A DNA stretch of 28,339 bases from Candidatus Zixiibacteriota bacterium. Its GTDB lineage: Bacteria > Zixibacteria > MSB-5A5 > SM1-73. The position numbers and the translations under genes were made by a program. Positions 6,569 through 17,152 of this stretch are shown here, in pieces (positions within the stretch are counted from its first letter, which is position 1; each line of letters begins with the position of its first letter). The stretch lies in contig JBDROD010000209.1 in assembly GCA_043810415.1 (NCBI GenBank), positions 1 through 28,339 on the forward strand, given 5' to 3'. The notes beneath the pieces are model-generated. The model was not told where the DNA came from. It made no database searches and was given only the letters and a program-made list of their open reading frames with translations.

Positions 6569-8494
6569 ATGAAAAACAAAATTACAGTTGTCTTTTCGGA
6601 CGGATCAAAGAGGGAATATCCAGCCGGTTTAACAGTCGCTGAGATATTGCGGGAATTCAAGCCGGAATTATCCCAAACTGCCTTGGCTGCAATTTCAGAT
6701 GGTCGAATGGTCGACCTGTCAGAAAAAGTGGTTGAGGATAGTCAAATCAGGATAATCACCTTCGATTCCAAAGAAGGGAAAGAGTTATTCTGGCACAGCA
6801 CCTCGCATATCATGGCTCAGGCGGTGCAGGATATTTTCCCCGGGGCGAAACTGGATATCGGCCCCTCTGTCGAGGATGGATTCTATTATGATTTCGATAC
6901 CCCCAAAACGTTCGAGCCGGAGGATTTGGTCAAAATCGAAAGGAGGATGGCGGAGATCGTAAAGGAGAATCATCCTTTCATCCGAAGAGAGGTTTCCAAG
7001 AAAGAAGCGGTGGAGTTGTTCCAGCAAAAAGGAGAGAAATTCAAAGTAGCAAGGCTTTCCGAGATGGAAGAGGAAAAGGTGTCTTTATATCAGCACGACG
7101 ATTTCGTGGACCTTTGCCGGGGTCCACACGTTCCGTCCACCGGCATGATCAAAAGCTTCAAACTCCTCAGCATCGCCGGAGCTTACTGGAAAGGCTCGGA
7201 GAAGAATCCGATGCTCCAGCGCATTTACGGAATTTCCTTCCCCTCCCTGAAGGAGATGGAGGAATACTTAAAGAGACTGGAGGAGATGAAGAAGAGTGAT
7301 CACCGGGTGCTGGGGAAAGAGCTGGAGCTTTTTTCCATATCGGATGAAGTAGGTCCCGGGCTGGTGTTGTGGCATCCCAAGGGAGCCATCGTTCGAAGGC
7401 TCATCGAGGATTTTTGGATAACCGAACATCAGAAGAACGGATACCAGCTGATCTATACCCCCCACGTAGCCCGGCTTCATTTATGGGAGACCAGCGGACA
7501 CACCGGATTCTACCGGGAGAACATGTATTCCACCATGAAGGTGGAGGATGAGGAATACCAGATCAAACCGATGAACTGTCCCTTTCACATTCTCATCTAT
7601 AAATCCAAGCTGAGGAGCTACCGGGAGCTTCCTTTGAGGCTGGCGGAACTGGGGGCTTGTTACCGCTATGAGCGATCGGGCGTTTTGCACGGGCTTATGC
7701 GGGTGAGAGGTTTCACCATGGACGATGCCCACATCTTCTGCAAACTGGAACAGCTGGAGGAGGAGGTTATCCAGCTTTTAAAATTCTCCATCTGGATGCT
7801 CAAGACTTTGGGTTTCGAGAAACTGCAGATTTTCTTATCCACGCGCCCGGATAAAGCCATAGGGGAAGAACAAAACTGGGAAAAAGCCACCGCTGCTTTA
7901 AGTCAGGCTCTGGAGAAGGAGAATTTAGAGTTCGAGGTGGATAAAGGGGGAGGTGCGTTCTACGGTCCCAAGATAGACATAAAAATCATCGACGTCATGG
8001 GGAGGCCCTGGCAGTGCACCACCATCCAGTTCGATTTCAACATCCCCGAAAGGTTCGATCTGTGGTACGTGGGAGCGGATGGAAACTATCACCGCCCGAT
8101 CATGATTCACCGGGCGCTTTTGGGCTCGCTGGAGCGTTTCTTTGGCGTGTTGATAGAACATTACGGCGGTGCGTTTCCCTTGTGGCTCTCTCCGGTTCAA
8201 ATTCGACTGATGCCCATCACGAACGAGCAGAACTCCCCTGCGGGTGAAATGCTGGAGAAGCTGCGGGAAGAAGGTTTCCGGGTGGAATTGGACGATCGAA
8301 ATGAGAAGATAAATTTCAAAATAAGAGAGGCGGAGAAAGAGAAAATTCCGTATATGTTCATAATAGGGAAGAAAGAGGTTGCGGAAAATAACGTTTCGGT
8401 ACGAAAGCACAAAGGGGGGGATATAGGTAAATTCAGCTTAGACCAGTTCATCTTGAGGTTAAAGGACGAAGTGAAAAAGAAAGTTACAGAATGA
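6569..8494 (+). CDS. thrS: Threonine--tRNA ligase
   Basis: TGS domain, FWHSTSH editing motif, DLCRGPHV, DHRVLG, KPMNCPFH, RVRGFTMDDAH, GAFYGPKID, HRALLGSLERF. Confidence 0.99.
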   Translation: MKNKITVVFSDGSKREYPAGLTVAEILREFKPELSQTALAAISDGRMVDLSEKVVEDSQIRIITFDSKEGKELFWHSTSHIMAQAVQDIFPGAKLDIGPSVEDGFYYDFDTPKTFEPEDLVKIERRMAEIVKENHPFIRREVSKKEAVELFQQKGEKFKVARLSEMEEEKVSLYQHDDFVDLCRGPHVPSTGMIKSFKLLSIAGAYWKGSEKNPMLQRIYGISFPSLKEMEEYLKRLEEMKKSDHRVLGKELELFSISDEVGPGLVLWHPKGAIVRRLIEDFWITEHQKNGYQLIYTPHVARLHLWETSGHTGFYRENMYSTMKVEDEEYQIKPMNCPFHILIYKSKLRSYRELPLRLAELGACYRYERSGVLHGLMRVRGFTMDDAHIFCKLEQLEEEVIQLLKFSIWMLKTLGFEKLQIFLSTRPDKAIGEEQNWEKATAALSQALEKENLEFEVDKGGGAFYGPKIDIKIIDVMGRPWQCTTIQFDFNIPERFDLWYVGADGNYHRPIMIHRALLGSLERFFGVLIEHYGGAFPLWLSPVQIRLMPITNEQNSPAGEMLEKLREEGFRVELDDRNEKINFKIREAEKEKIPYMFIIGKKEVAENNVSVRKHKGGDIGKFSLDQFILRLKDEVKKKVTE

Positions 8495-8619
8495 AATAAA
8501 AAAGCTGGAGTGGTCAAATTTGGCTGTAGGCAATCGGGATTTGACTCCACCTGTTATCACGAATCACGCTGAAACTTGATGCTCCAGAAAAGATATCGCC
8601 AATAAGGAGGTGAAGAGCA

Positions 8620-9183
8620 ATAAAGCCTAAGGAGATCAGGGTAAACCAGAGGATTCGTTTTTCCCAGGTGAGAGTTATCGGGGAAAGCGGAGAGCAGATA
8701 GGAATCATGGCTACCCGAGATGCTATTCGTATGGCATCCGAGAAGGGGTTTGATTTGGTTGAGGTTTCGCCCCAAGCCAGACCACCCGTCTGTAAGATCA
8801 TGGATTATGGTAAATACAAATACGAGCTGACCAAAAAGGCGAAAGATGCCAAGAAGAAACAACGCCAGTTTCAGCTTAAAGAGATGCGTTTCCGGCCCAA
8901 AACAGAGGAACACGATTATACCTTCAAGATGAGACACCTGCGGGAGTTTTTGACCCAAGGGAATAAAGTTAAGGTGCTGGTTGAATTCCGTGGTCGGGAA
9001 AAAGCACATATCGAGTTTGGTCATAAAATACTGGATAAGCTGAAAGCCGACCTCTCGGATGTCGGAGAACCCATAGCCAGACCGCTGATGGAGGGAAGAA
9101 AACTAACCTTGAATTTTATTCCCAAGTCATCGGAGAAGAGCCCGGCTGTACCCAAAAGCCCTCAAAGTGAGCAGACCCAATAG
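8620..9183 (+). CDS. infC: Translation initiation factor IF-3 (non-canonical ATA start)
   Basis: PPVCKIMDYGKYKYE, KEMRFRPKTEEHDY. AAGGAGGTG SD precedes ATA at 8620, which opens the in-frame IKPKEIRVNQRIR. In-frame TGA at 8611 bounds the start. Confidence 0.95.
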   Translation: MKPKEIRVNQRIRFSQVRVIGESGEQIGIMATRDAIRMASEKGFDLVEVSPQARPPVCKIMDYGKYKYELTKKAKDAKKKQRQFQLKEMRFRPKTEEHDYTFKMRHLREFLTQGNKVKVLVEFRGREKAHIEFGHKILDKLKADLSDVGEPIARPLMEGRKLTLNFIPKSSEKSPAVPKSPQSEQTQ

Positions 9184-9359
9184 AAGGATGAGAAGGCAAT
9201 AGATGATAGTTGGGTGAAGGGATATTCAAAGCGAGCATCTATCTTATCGATAAGCGGGTAATTCGTTTAGCGATTTACTTAAGCAACGTATTATCAGCAA
9301 ATTGATGTTGTCTTTTAACGTATAGTATCAAGCGAAAAAGGAAGACGGAGGTTAATTAA

Positions 9360-9554
9360 TTGCCTAAGATAAAAACCAACAGAGCCGCAGCCAAGCGATT
9401 CAGAAAGACCGGCAGCGGGAAAATCAAAAGAAGCAAAGCGTTCCGCAAACACCTTTTGGGAAAGAAGAGCGCCAAGAGAAAAAGGAGTTTAAGGAAAGCC
9501 GGACTAGTGGATAAAGCCGATCAGGCCAGAATAAAGAGACTACTGGTAATTTAA
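9360..9554 (+). CDS. rpmI: 50S ribosomal protein L35
   Basis: [27 protein letters not shown] start after GGAGG. Confidence 0.98.
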   Translation: MPKIKTNRAAAKRFRKTGSGKIKRSKAFRKHLLGKKSAKRKRSLRKAGLVDKADQARIKRLLVI

Positions 9555-9565
9555 GGAGGAATTTA

Positions 9566-9925
9566 ATGCCCAGAGCAACCAATGCAGTCGCTTCCCGAGC
9601 ACGGAGAAAGAAGATATTGAAAGCCGCCCGGGGGAATTATCAGGGAAGAAGAAAACTATATCGCACCGCCAAAGAGACGGTACAAAAGGGGATGACCTAT
9701 GCCTATGCTCACCGGAGATTAAGGAAGAGAGATTTTCGCAGACTCTGGATTGCCCGGATCAATGCTGCGGCCAGATTATATGGTTTATCCTATAGCCTTT
9801 TTATCAGCGGATTGAAGAAGGCGGGTGTGGTTTTGGACCGGAAGATTTTGGCCGATATGGCGGTCAAAGATAAAGAGGGTTTTGCCAAATTAGCCGAGTT
9901 GGTTTCCAAAGAGAAAGCCGGTTAA
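9566..9925 (+). CDS. rplT: 50S ribosomal protein L20
   Basis: [46 protein letters not shown]. Confidence 0.99.
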   Translation: MPRATNAVASRARRKKILKAARGNYQGRRKLYRTAKETVQKGMTYAYAHRRLRKRDFRRLWIARINAAARLYGLSYSLFISGLKKAGVVLDRKILADMAVKDKEGFAKLAELVSKEKAG

Positions 9926-10090
9926 TAATTCAAGCAGATAAATCTATTCTGTTTTTCCATAAATCCAAAAGTGGTCTTTTAAGATCAGCGGTGGAATATT
10001 CCGATTCCTCTTCCCATGAGGAAACTCAAAATCGGTTTCCACCGGTTTACAGTAAGTCGAAACAAGTGACGGTTATCGATTTTTTGTGTT

Positions 10091-11128
10091 ATGCCAAATG
10101 TAAACGAGTTTCAGGATACCATTCATAAAATCAAGAATGAAGCTCTTCAGGAGATCGAGCAGGTTGATCAGTCCGAGGGCTTGGAGCAGATAAGAATCAA
10201 ATACCTGGGAAGAAAAGGGATCATCACCTCCCTTTTGAAAAACCTGAAGGATTTTCCGGAAGAGAGCCGTCCCGCCTTAGGTCAGCTTTCCAACCAGCTA
10301 AAAAAACAGGTAGAGGAGATTCTTCTTCAGCGGTCGCAGAATATAAAGGAAGGGGAGCTTATTCTGAAAAAAGGGAAACCATCCTTAGACTACACCCTTC
10401 CGGGAAGGAGAGGATGGGAGGGGGGGCTTCATCCCATCACCCGGACAAACGAAAGGATCATACAGATCCTCTATGGGATGGGCTTTGAGGTGGCCAAGGG
10501 ACCGGATATCGAGACGGATTATTACAACTTTTCCTCCCTAAACTTCCCCCCCGATCACCCGGCCAGGGACATGCAGGATACCTTCTACATAACAGACGAT
10601 CTGCTTCTGCGGACCCATACCTCTCCGGTTCAGATGAGGGTATTCGAGAAGAGAAAACCTCCGGTGCGGATCATCGCCCCGGGCAGATGCTACCGCAACG
10701 AAGCCATTAACGCCCGAAGCTACTGTACCTTTCATCAGGTGGAGGGTTTTTACGTCGATACCGACGTCACCTTTGCCGATCTGAAGGGGGTTTTGACCGC
10801 TTTCGTCTGGGAGATGTTCGGCAAGGAGACAAGACTTAGATTCAGGGCGAGCTATTTCCCGTTCACCGAACCTTCCGCCGAGGTGGATATCTCCTGTTTT
10901 TTATGCGGAAGCAAGGGTTGCAGCTTGTGCAAACACGCGGGATGGCTGGAGATACTGGGGGCGGGTATGATCGATCCGGAGGTGTTCAAAGCAGCCGGTT
11001 ACGATGAGGAAAAGTACACCGGTTATGCCTTCGGCATGGGGGTGGAACGGATCGCCATGTTGAAATACGGGATAAACGACATCCGGCTCTTTTACGAAAA
11101 CGATTTACGATTCCTAAGGCAGTTTTAA
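10091..11128 (+). CDS. pheS: Phenylalanine--tRNA ligase alpha subunit
   Basis: HPARDMQDTFY, LLRTHTSPVQ, FHQVEG, FPFTEPS, GWLEILGAGM, FAFGMGVERIAM. Confidence 0.99.
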   Translation: MPNVNEFQDTIHKIKNEALQEIEQVDQSEGLEQIRIKYLGRKGIITSLLKNLKDFPEESRPALGQLSNQLKKQVEEILLQRSQNIKEGELILKKGKPSLDYTLPGRRGWEGGLHPITRTNERIIQILYGMGFEVAKGPDIETDYYNFSSLNFPPDHPARDMQDTFYITDDLLLRTHTSPVQMRVFEKRKPPVRIIAPGRCYRNEAINARSYCTFHQVEGFYVDTDVTFADLKGVLTAFVWEMFGKETRLRFRASYFPFTEPSAEVDISCFLCGSKGCSLCKHAGWLEILGAGMIDPEVFKAAGYDEEKYTGYAFGMGVERIAMLKYGINDIRLFYENDLRFLRQF

Positions 11129-13507
11129 ATGAAAGCAAGCTACAAATGGCTTAAAGAGCTGGTCGATTTCGACCTTTCAGTCGAAGAATTGGCTTTTCGA
11201 TTGACCGACGCCGGGCTGGAAGTGGAGAACATCACCACCCTCGGTACGGATCTAAACCGGATGGTGGTGGGGGAGATAAAAAAAGTTGTTCCCCATCCGC
11301 AGGCAGATAAACTCACCGTATGCTTGGTTTCAGTTGGAACTGAGGATCTGCAGATAGTGTGCGGTGCACCCAACGTCAAAGAAAAGGCCAAGGTGCCGGT
11401 TGCCTTAATTGATGCTCGTCTCCCTTCGGGAGAGAAGATCACCAAAAGCTATCTCAGAGGAGTGGAATCCTTTGGCATGATCTGCTCGGAGAAGGAGCTG
11501 GAGATCGGGGAGGATGCAGAGGGGATCATGATATTGGATCCAAAACTGAAAGTTGGGGAGCTGATCAGCTCTGCACTGGAACTGGAGGATCATATCCTGG
11601 ATATCGCCATTACCCCCAACCGACCGGACTGGCTTTCGATGATAGGAGTTGCCAGGGAGGTAGCAGCCTTGTGCGGATCCCGGGTGAAAAACAGTGCAAT
11701 TGCCCTGAAGGAGACAAACCGGATGGCCAATGATATGGTTCAGGTGGAAATTATTGATGCCACCGGCTGCCCCAGATATGCTGCAAGGATTATCGAGGAG
11801 ATCCGCATCTCCGAATCCCCCTTCTGGCTGAAGCGAAAACTGCAATCCGCGGGAATGCGCTCGATAAACAACGTGGTCGACGTGACCAATCTGGTTATGC
11901 TGGAATTGGGTCATCCGCTGCACGCGTTCGACTATAATCTTTTCCCCCAGAAAAAGGTAGTGGTGAGAAGGGCAAAGGAGGGGGAGAAATTCGTTACCTT
12001 GGATCAGGTGGAGCGTACTTTGAACAAAGAGGTCCTGCTCATAACCAACGGGGCGAAAGCGGTAGCCATCGGCGGAATAATGGGTGGTTTGGAGAGCGAG
12101 GTTACACCTGATACCCGCACCGTGCTTTTGGAGAGTGCTTATTTTGATCCCAAGGTTATCCGAAGAGGGCGAATGTTATTGGATCTCTCCACCGAATCCT
12201 CCCAGAGGTTTGAAAGAGGAGCGGATCCCAACGGGGTGACCAAAGCCATGGATCGGGCCGCTCAACTTTTGGCAGATTTGACGGGAGGAAAGGTATTGAA
12301 GGGAGCGGTAGACAATTACCCTTCGGTCATTCAACCGGTTCAGGTAACATTGAGGCCGAAGCGGGTCAATCGAATTTTAAGCACCGATCTTACACCCAAG
12401 CAGATCAAAGACATCTTGACACATCTGGAGATACCCGTCAAGGAAATAGCGGACTTAGAGGTGGAGGTTCCCACCTTCCGACCGGACCTTACCCGGGAGA
12501 TAGATTTGATCGAGGAGATAGTCCGGATTTACGGTTACGGAAACATAAAAACTGACATGCGCGCGCGGGGTAACCTGGTGACGGAAATACACCGGGAGGA
12601 TGAGATCCTCGGAGAGATAAAGCAATTCATGTGGGGAAAGGGATTTATTGAAGTGATCACCAACAATTTGGTCGATCCGGATATCCTGAAGCGATTAAAT
12701 CCCGGAGTGCCGGCGATCGAAATTAAAAATCCTTTAAGCCGGGACCTATCCGTCCTTACCACCACCCTGGTTTATAACTCACTCACCACGGTGAGCTGGA
12801 ACAAGAACCGTCTGGAAAGAAATATAAGGATATTCGAGCTGGGGAAAGTATTCACCGTTTCCGATAGCTCATATCCCCAGGAAAAGTATCATCTGGGAAT
12901 AGCACTTTCCGGAAGCCGGGCACCCCGGCACTGGGAGACCAAGGAGACGGAAGTGGATCTTTACGATCTCAAGGGGGATTTGGAGGAACTTTTGGGTCGT
13001 CTTTCTCTTTCCATCGATTTAGTCCCGGGAAGCCATATTCTTTTTGATCCGGACAATTGCTTCATGGTAAAAACGGGTGATGATTTTATCGGGCTTATGG
13101 GGGGAATCTCCAAAGAGATATCGGACCTTTTCGAGATCAAAGACAAAGTCCTTTGGGCTGAATTGGACGTGGATAAGATGATTTCCCGGGTGCCCCAAAT
13201 GAAAGAATTTTCCCCACTACCCAAATTCCCGCCAGTGGATCGGGATATAGCGGTGGTGGTGGATGAAGAGCTCCTTTCAAAGGAGATTATTGACCAGATA
13301 AAAGAAACCGGGGGAGATTTGGTGGAGGAAGTGGTTTTGTTCGACGTGTATAGCGGAAAGCAGATACAGCCAGGGAAGAAGAGTCTGGCTTGCTCCATTC
13401 GTTACCGCTCTCCCGAGAAAACATTAACCGATGAGGAGGTGGAGGATATTCACCGGAAGGTGATTTTGCAGCTGGAGCAGAGTTTTGGGGCAGCGCTTCG
13501 GCAATGA
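11129..13507 (+). CDS. pheT: Phenylalanine--tRNA ligase beta subunit
   Basis: HPQADKL, IVCGAPNV, RGVESFGMICS, ITPNRPD, RFERG, PTFRPDL..EIDLIEE, C-terminal KTLTDEEV. Confidence 0.99.
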   Translation: MKASYKWLKELVDFDLSVEELAFRLTDAGLEVENITTLGTDLNRMVVGEIKKVVPHPQADKLTVCLVSVGTEDLQIVCGAPNVKEKAKVPVALIDARLPSGEKITKSYLRGVESFGMICSEKELEIGEDAEGIMILDPKLKVGELISSALELEDHILDIAITPNRPDWLSMIGVAREVAALCGSRVKNSAIALKETNRMANDMVQVEIIDATGCPRYAARIIEEIRISESPFWLKRKLQSAGMRSINNVVDVTNLVMLELGHPLHAFDYNLFPQKKVVVRRAKEGEKFVTLDQVERTLNKEVLLITNGAKAVAIGGIMGGLESEVTPDTRTVLLESAYFDPKVIRRGRMLLDLSTESSQRFERGADPNGVTKAMDRAAQLLADLTGGKVLKGAVDNYPSVIQPVQVTLRPKRVNRILSTDLTPKQIKDILTHLEIPVKEIADLEVEVPTFRPDLTREIDLIEEIVRIYGYGNIKTDMRARGNLVTEIHREDEILGEIKQFMWGKGFIEVITNNLVDPDILKRLNPGVPAIEIKNPLSRDLSVLTTTLVYNSLTTVSWNKNRLERNIRIFELGKVFTVSDSSYPQEKYHLGIALSGSRAPRHWETKETEVDLYDLKGDLEELLGRLSLSIDLVPGSHILFDPDNCFMVKTGDDFIGLMGGISKEISDLFEIKDKVLWAELDVDKMISRVPQMKEFSPLPKFPPVDRDIAVVVDEELLSKEIIDQIKETGGDLVEEVVLFDVYSGKQIQPGKKSLACSIRYRSPEKTLTDEEVEDIHRKVILQLEQSFGAALRQ

Positions 13508-13595
13508 GGGGTTGAACCGAAAAATCCGTTCTATGTGAAAAACGAAGGACGTCAAGATTTTCATTTGCAACACACTAAAGAAGCGAGTGTGAAAC

Positions 13596-13892
13596 ATGCA
13601 ATTAGATAATTTTGAAAAACTGGAGGAGAAGATCGTTCAGGCTATGGATCTGATCAGTCACTTAAAACAGGAGAATGAAGAGATATCATCCTCCTACAGG
13701 AAGTTGACTGAGGAGATTCACGGTTTTGAGACCGTAGCGAAAAGTAGAGCTACAGAAGCGGAATTATATAAGCATGAGCTTTCCAGCCGGGAAAGGGATT
13801 TTATAAAAAGGAGGGAGGAGGTAAAAAAGCGGCTGGAGAAGCTGTTGGAGAGACTGGCTCCGCTGGAGAGATCAGAAGAGGAAGCCCGTTAG
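13596..13892 (+). CDS. zapB: ZapB-like coiled-coil cell division protein
   Basis: FEKLEEKI.QA.DLI..LKQEN coiled coil ending ..RLEKLLERL. Position between pheT and zapA. Confidence 0.65.
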   Translation: MQLDNFEKLEEKIVQAMDLISHLKQENEEISSSYRKLTEEIHGFETVAKSRATEAELYKHELSSRERDFIKRREEVKKRLEKLLERLAPLERSEEEAR

Positions 13893-14004
13893 GCCAAAAG
13901 TGTCAACGATATATCGAATTCTAATTTCTCCGAGGACAATAAAACGGGGTATCAACCGGATACTCTGAGTCGGAACAGTATTTGCTGGCTTTACGTTAAT
14001 TTGC

Positions 14005-14033
14005 TTGACAAACAAATAGTATTTGCGTAATAT
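14005..14033 (+). promoter_or_regulatory. Sigma70-type promoter for zapA-rny
   Basis: TTGACA-N17-TAATAT. Confidence 0.75.
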
Positions 14034-14116
14034 TTATTAAGCGAAGTGTTTTTATAGATAGTGTCATTTTAACAGTGGGGAAAAAACAAAAGAGCTTATG
14101 AATATCTTCTTTTAGA

Positions 14117-14431
14117 ATGACTGACCTTATGGAAGAAAAAAAACAATCAGTTAAAGTCAATATTTTCGGTGAGGATTATCCGATCAAAGGTGATTCCGAA
14201 ACCTTTTACATCCAAAAGGTTGCCAATTACGTGGATCTGAAAATGAAGGAGGTGGCAGATAGAATGTCCAACAAGCTGCCTCTTAGAGTGGCGGTTTTGG
14301 CAGCCATGAGCATAACCGACGAGCTATTCAAAGAAAAGGAAGAAAAGGATAAGAAACTCGAGGATGTGGAAGCAAAGTCCCAATCCCTTTTGGATTTATT
14401 GGACGGAAGGTTAAGTCAGGAAGAAAGCTAG
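14117..14431 (+). CDS. zapA: Cell division protein ZapA
   Basis: VKVNIFGEDYPI, VA.YVD.KM.EV, RVAVLAAM.ITDELF. Confidence 0.93.
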   Translation: MTDLMEEKKQSVKVNIFGEDYPIKGDSETFYIQKVANYVDLKMKEVADRMSNKLPLRVAVLAAMSITDELFKEKEEKDKKLEDVEAKSQSLLDLLDGRLSQEES

Positions 14432-14453
14432 AAAGTCTTTTATTGATTTTATT

Positions 14454-14539
14454 CCCCACTTTAGTTGGCTGATTTTGCCAAGAGACATTTTGAAGAGGGA
14501 TATTTACTTCAAAGTCGGCAAAATCAAAAGCTGGTGGGG
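14454..14539 (+). ncRNA. Long interrupted hairpin between zapA and rny; candidate short 6S-like RNA or rny leader structure
   Basis: CCCCAC/GTGGGG, TAGTT/AGCTG, TGATTTTGCC/GGCAAAATCA and ATTTTGAAG/CTTCAAAGT nested stems with internal loops. Lies at a known 6S RNA syntenic position. Confidence 0.4.
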
Positions 14540-14583
14540 TTTTTTCATATAGGGCATTTGCCCGAGGGGAAGGAGAAGCAGTT

Positions 14584-16146
14584 ATGAGCAATATGATGCT
14601 TATCGGTATAGCCGCAGGCGTGGCGATTTTAACTTTTCTTTTGGGTTGGTTTATCAGCCGCAGAATAGGGGAGATGAAGTTAGGCAAAGCGGATGAGCTG
14701 GCAAAAAAGATCATAGAGGAAGCGGAGAAAGAGTCGGAGATAAAGAAGAAAGAGGCGGTCTTAGAAGCCAAGGACGAATGGTACAAAGCCAAGGTTAATT
14801 TCGAAAAAGAGCTGCAGATCAAAAAAGCGGAATTTGGCCGCCTGGAAAAAAGGCTTTCGGAAAGAGAAACGCACTTAGACCGGAAAGTAGATATCTTAGG
14901 CAAAAAGGAAAGAGACATACAGAACCGGGAGAAGATACTTTTTGCCCGGGAGAAAGCGGTTCGTACCAAAAGCGACGAGTTGGATCGGTTGATCTCCGAT
15001 CAGAACAACCAACTGGAGAAGATAGCGCAGATGACCTCGGAGGAGGCCAAGAAGCTTTTGATGGAGAATCTGGAAAGTCAGGCGCGACAAGAGGCATCCC
15101 AGTATATCAAGGAGATCAAAGAGCAGGCCGAGCAGACCGCGGAGAAGGAGGCGAAGAACATCATCATCTCCGCTATCCAGAGATGTGCAGCGGATCATAC
15201 GGTGGAGTCGACCGTCTCGGTGGTCAATCTGCCCAACGAGGAGATGAAGGGGCGGATCATCGGAAGAGAGGGGAGGAACATCCGCTCGTTCGAGACCGCC
15301 ACCGGCATCGACGTGATCGTCGACGATACCCCGGAGGCGGTGATACTTTCCGGTTACGATCCCATCCGCCGGGAGATCGCCAGGATGGCCTTGGAGAAGC
15401 TGACCGTTGACGGAAGGATACACCCGGCGCGCATCGAGGAGGTGGTCTCGAAAGCGGAGAAGGAGATGGAGGTCATCATTCGCGAGACCGGAGAACAAGC
15501 CAGTTTCGACGTGGGGATTCACGGGATACACCCGGAGCTGGTGAAGCTTTTAGGAAAGCTCCAGTTCCGAACCAGCTACGGACAGAACGTACTTCAGCAT
15601 AGCAAGGAGGTGGCATTCTTGTCCGGACTGATGGCAGCCGAGCTGGGATTGGATTCCAACTTAGCCAAAAGGGCGGGTCTTTTGCACGACATAGGAAAAG
15701 CCGTGGACCGGGAGACCGAGGGGACTCATACCCAGATAGGTTACAACGTGGCACAGAAATACGGCGAAAATCCACTGGTTTTGAACTCCATCGCCTCACA
15801 TCACGAGGACGTCATCTCCGAATCCCCCTATTCGGTCTTGGTCCAGGCAGCCGATGCCATCTCAGGAGCCAGACCCGGTGCCCGGCGGGAGACTCTCGAA
15901 GGTTACATCAAGAGACTGGAGAAGTTAGAAGAGTTGGCGGATTCGTTCAAAGGGGTGGCAAAATCGTACGCCATTCAGGCAGGACGAGAGATTCGGGTCA
16001 TCGTGGAACACGAGAAGATCGACGATAAAGGGGCATTGGAATTGGCTGCGGAAATGGCTAAAAAGATCGAAGCCGAGCTGGAGTATCCCGGACAGATCAA
16101 GGTTACGGTAATACGCGAAACCCGAGCGGTGGAATACGCCAAGTGA
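14584..16146 (+). CDS. rny: Ribonuclease Y
   Basis: N-terminal TM, coiled coil, KH motif [16 protein letters not shown] motif [35 protein letters not shown]. Confidence 0.98.
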   Translation: MSNMMLIGIAAGVAILTFLLGWFISRRIGEMKLGKADELAKKIIEEAEKESEIKKKEAVLEAKDEWYKAKVNFEKELQIKKAEFGRLEKRLSERETHLDRKVDILGKKERDIQNREKILFAREKAVRTKSDELDRLISDQNNQLEKIAQMTSEEAKKLLMENLESQARQEASQYIKEIKEQAEQTAEKEAKNIIISAIQRCAADHTVESTVSVVNLPNEEMKGRIIGREGRNIRSFETATGIDVIVDDTPEAVILSGYDPIRREIARMALEKLTVDGRIHPARIEEVVSKAEKEMEVIIRETGEQASFDVGIHGIHPELVKLLGKLQFRTSYGQNVLQHSKEVAFLSGLMAAELGLDSNLAKRAGLLHDIGKAVDRETEGTHTQIGYNVAQKYGENPLVLNSIASHHEDVISESPYSVLVQAADAISGARPGARRETLEGYIKRLEKLEELADSFKGVAKSYAIQAGREIRVIVEHEKIDDKGALELAAEMAKKIEAELEYPGQIKVTVIRETRAVEYAK

Positions 16147-16284
16147 TTTGCTGGTGATAACATCGAATCCTCAGTTTTTAATCCCCTTCTCCAAAGAACG
16201 GGGTGGGGATATCATACTTGGCAAACCGGATAATGTGGTCGAAGATATTTAATTTAGCCGAATTTTATTTTAAGGAAACATAGG

Positions 16285-17109
16285 TTGAACGTACTTTTTA
16301 TCGCAGACATAGTGGGGAGGCCCGGAAGATGGGCGGTTTCTCAAGTTCTCCCCGATTTGAAGAAGACTCATCAGATAGATTTCACCATAGCCAACGTAGA
16401 GAATGCTGCCGGTGGATTCGGTTTGACCAAGGAGATCGCCAAGAAAATCCACTCGTACGGGGTGGACTGTCTCACCAGCGGGAATCACATCTGGGACCGA
16501 AAGGACATCTACCCCTATTTGAACGAGGATCAGCGCGTTCTGCGTCCGGTCAACTATCCGCCCAACGTTCCCGGAAGGGGAGCGGGGGTATTCGAATCAA
16601 AAAACGGCCAAAGAATCGGAGTGATAAACCTGCAGGGAAAGGTTTACATAAAGGAGATAGATTGCCCTTTCCGGACTTCGGATGAGGTGCTTAAGTCCAT
16701 TCAAGAACAAACCAACGTCATCATAGTGGATGTGCATGCCGAAGCTACCTCCGAGAAGATCGCTTTGGGCTGGTACCTGGACGGAAGGGTGTCGGCAGTT
16801 TTGGGAAGCCATACCCACGTGCAGACTGCAGACGAGACCATCCTGCCGCACGGAACTGCGTACATTACCGATGCCGGAATGACCGGAGCGCACGATTCGG
16901 TGATCGGAGTTACCAAGGAGGATGCCATCGCCCGGTTTTTGACCCAGATCCCCCGACGGTTCACCGTGGCAAAGGGGGACGTTAAATTTTCCGGGGTGTT
17001 GGTTGAAATCGATCCCTCCACCGGCAAAGCCCAGAGCATTCAGAGGATCAAGATCGACGTTCCCCGAGAGGAGGAAGAGGAGGGGGAGGACGATAAGGGA
17101 ACTCTTTGA
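16285..17109 (+). CDS. ymdB: TIGR00282/YmdB-family metallophosphoesterase (cyclic phosphodiesterase)
   Basis: FIADIVGRPGR, NVENAAGGFG, TSGNHIWD, DVHAEATSEK, GSHTHVQTADE, TDAGMTG. Follows rny as in Bacillus ymdA-ymdB. Confidence 0.93.
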   Translation: MNVLFIADIVGRPGRWAVSQVLPDLKKTHQIDFTIANVENAAGGFGLTKEIAKKIHSYGVDCLTSGNHIWDRKDIYPYLNEDQRVLRPVNYPPNVPGRGAGVFESKNGQRIGVINLQGKVYIKEIDCPFRTSDEVLKSIQEQTNVIIVDVHAEATSEKIALGWYLDGRVSAVLGSHTHVQTADETILPHGTAYITDAGMTGAHDSVIGVTKEDAIARFLTQIPRRFTVAKGDVKFSGVLVEIDPSTGKAQSIQRIKIDVPREEEEEGEDDKGTL

Positions 17110-17152
17110 TAAAAAGGTAGTGGCGAATTACGTTTATCGGTTGCGAAGATCG

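Noticed and set aside
10016-10069. pheM-like attenuator peptide MRKLKIGFHRFTVSRNK or a T-box before pheS
   Set aside because: Only two non-adjacent Phe codons, no SD and no terminator. GGTGGAATA lacks the T-box GGTGGNACC motif.
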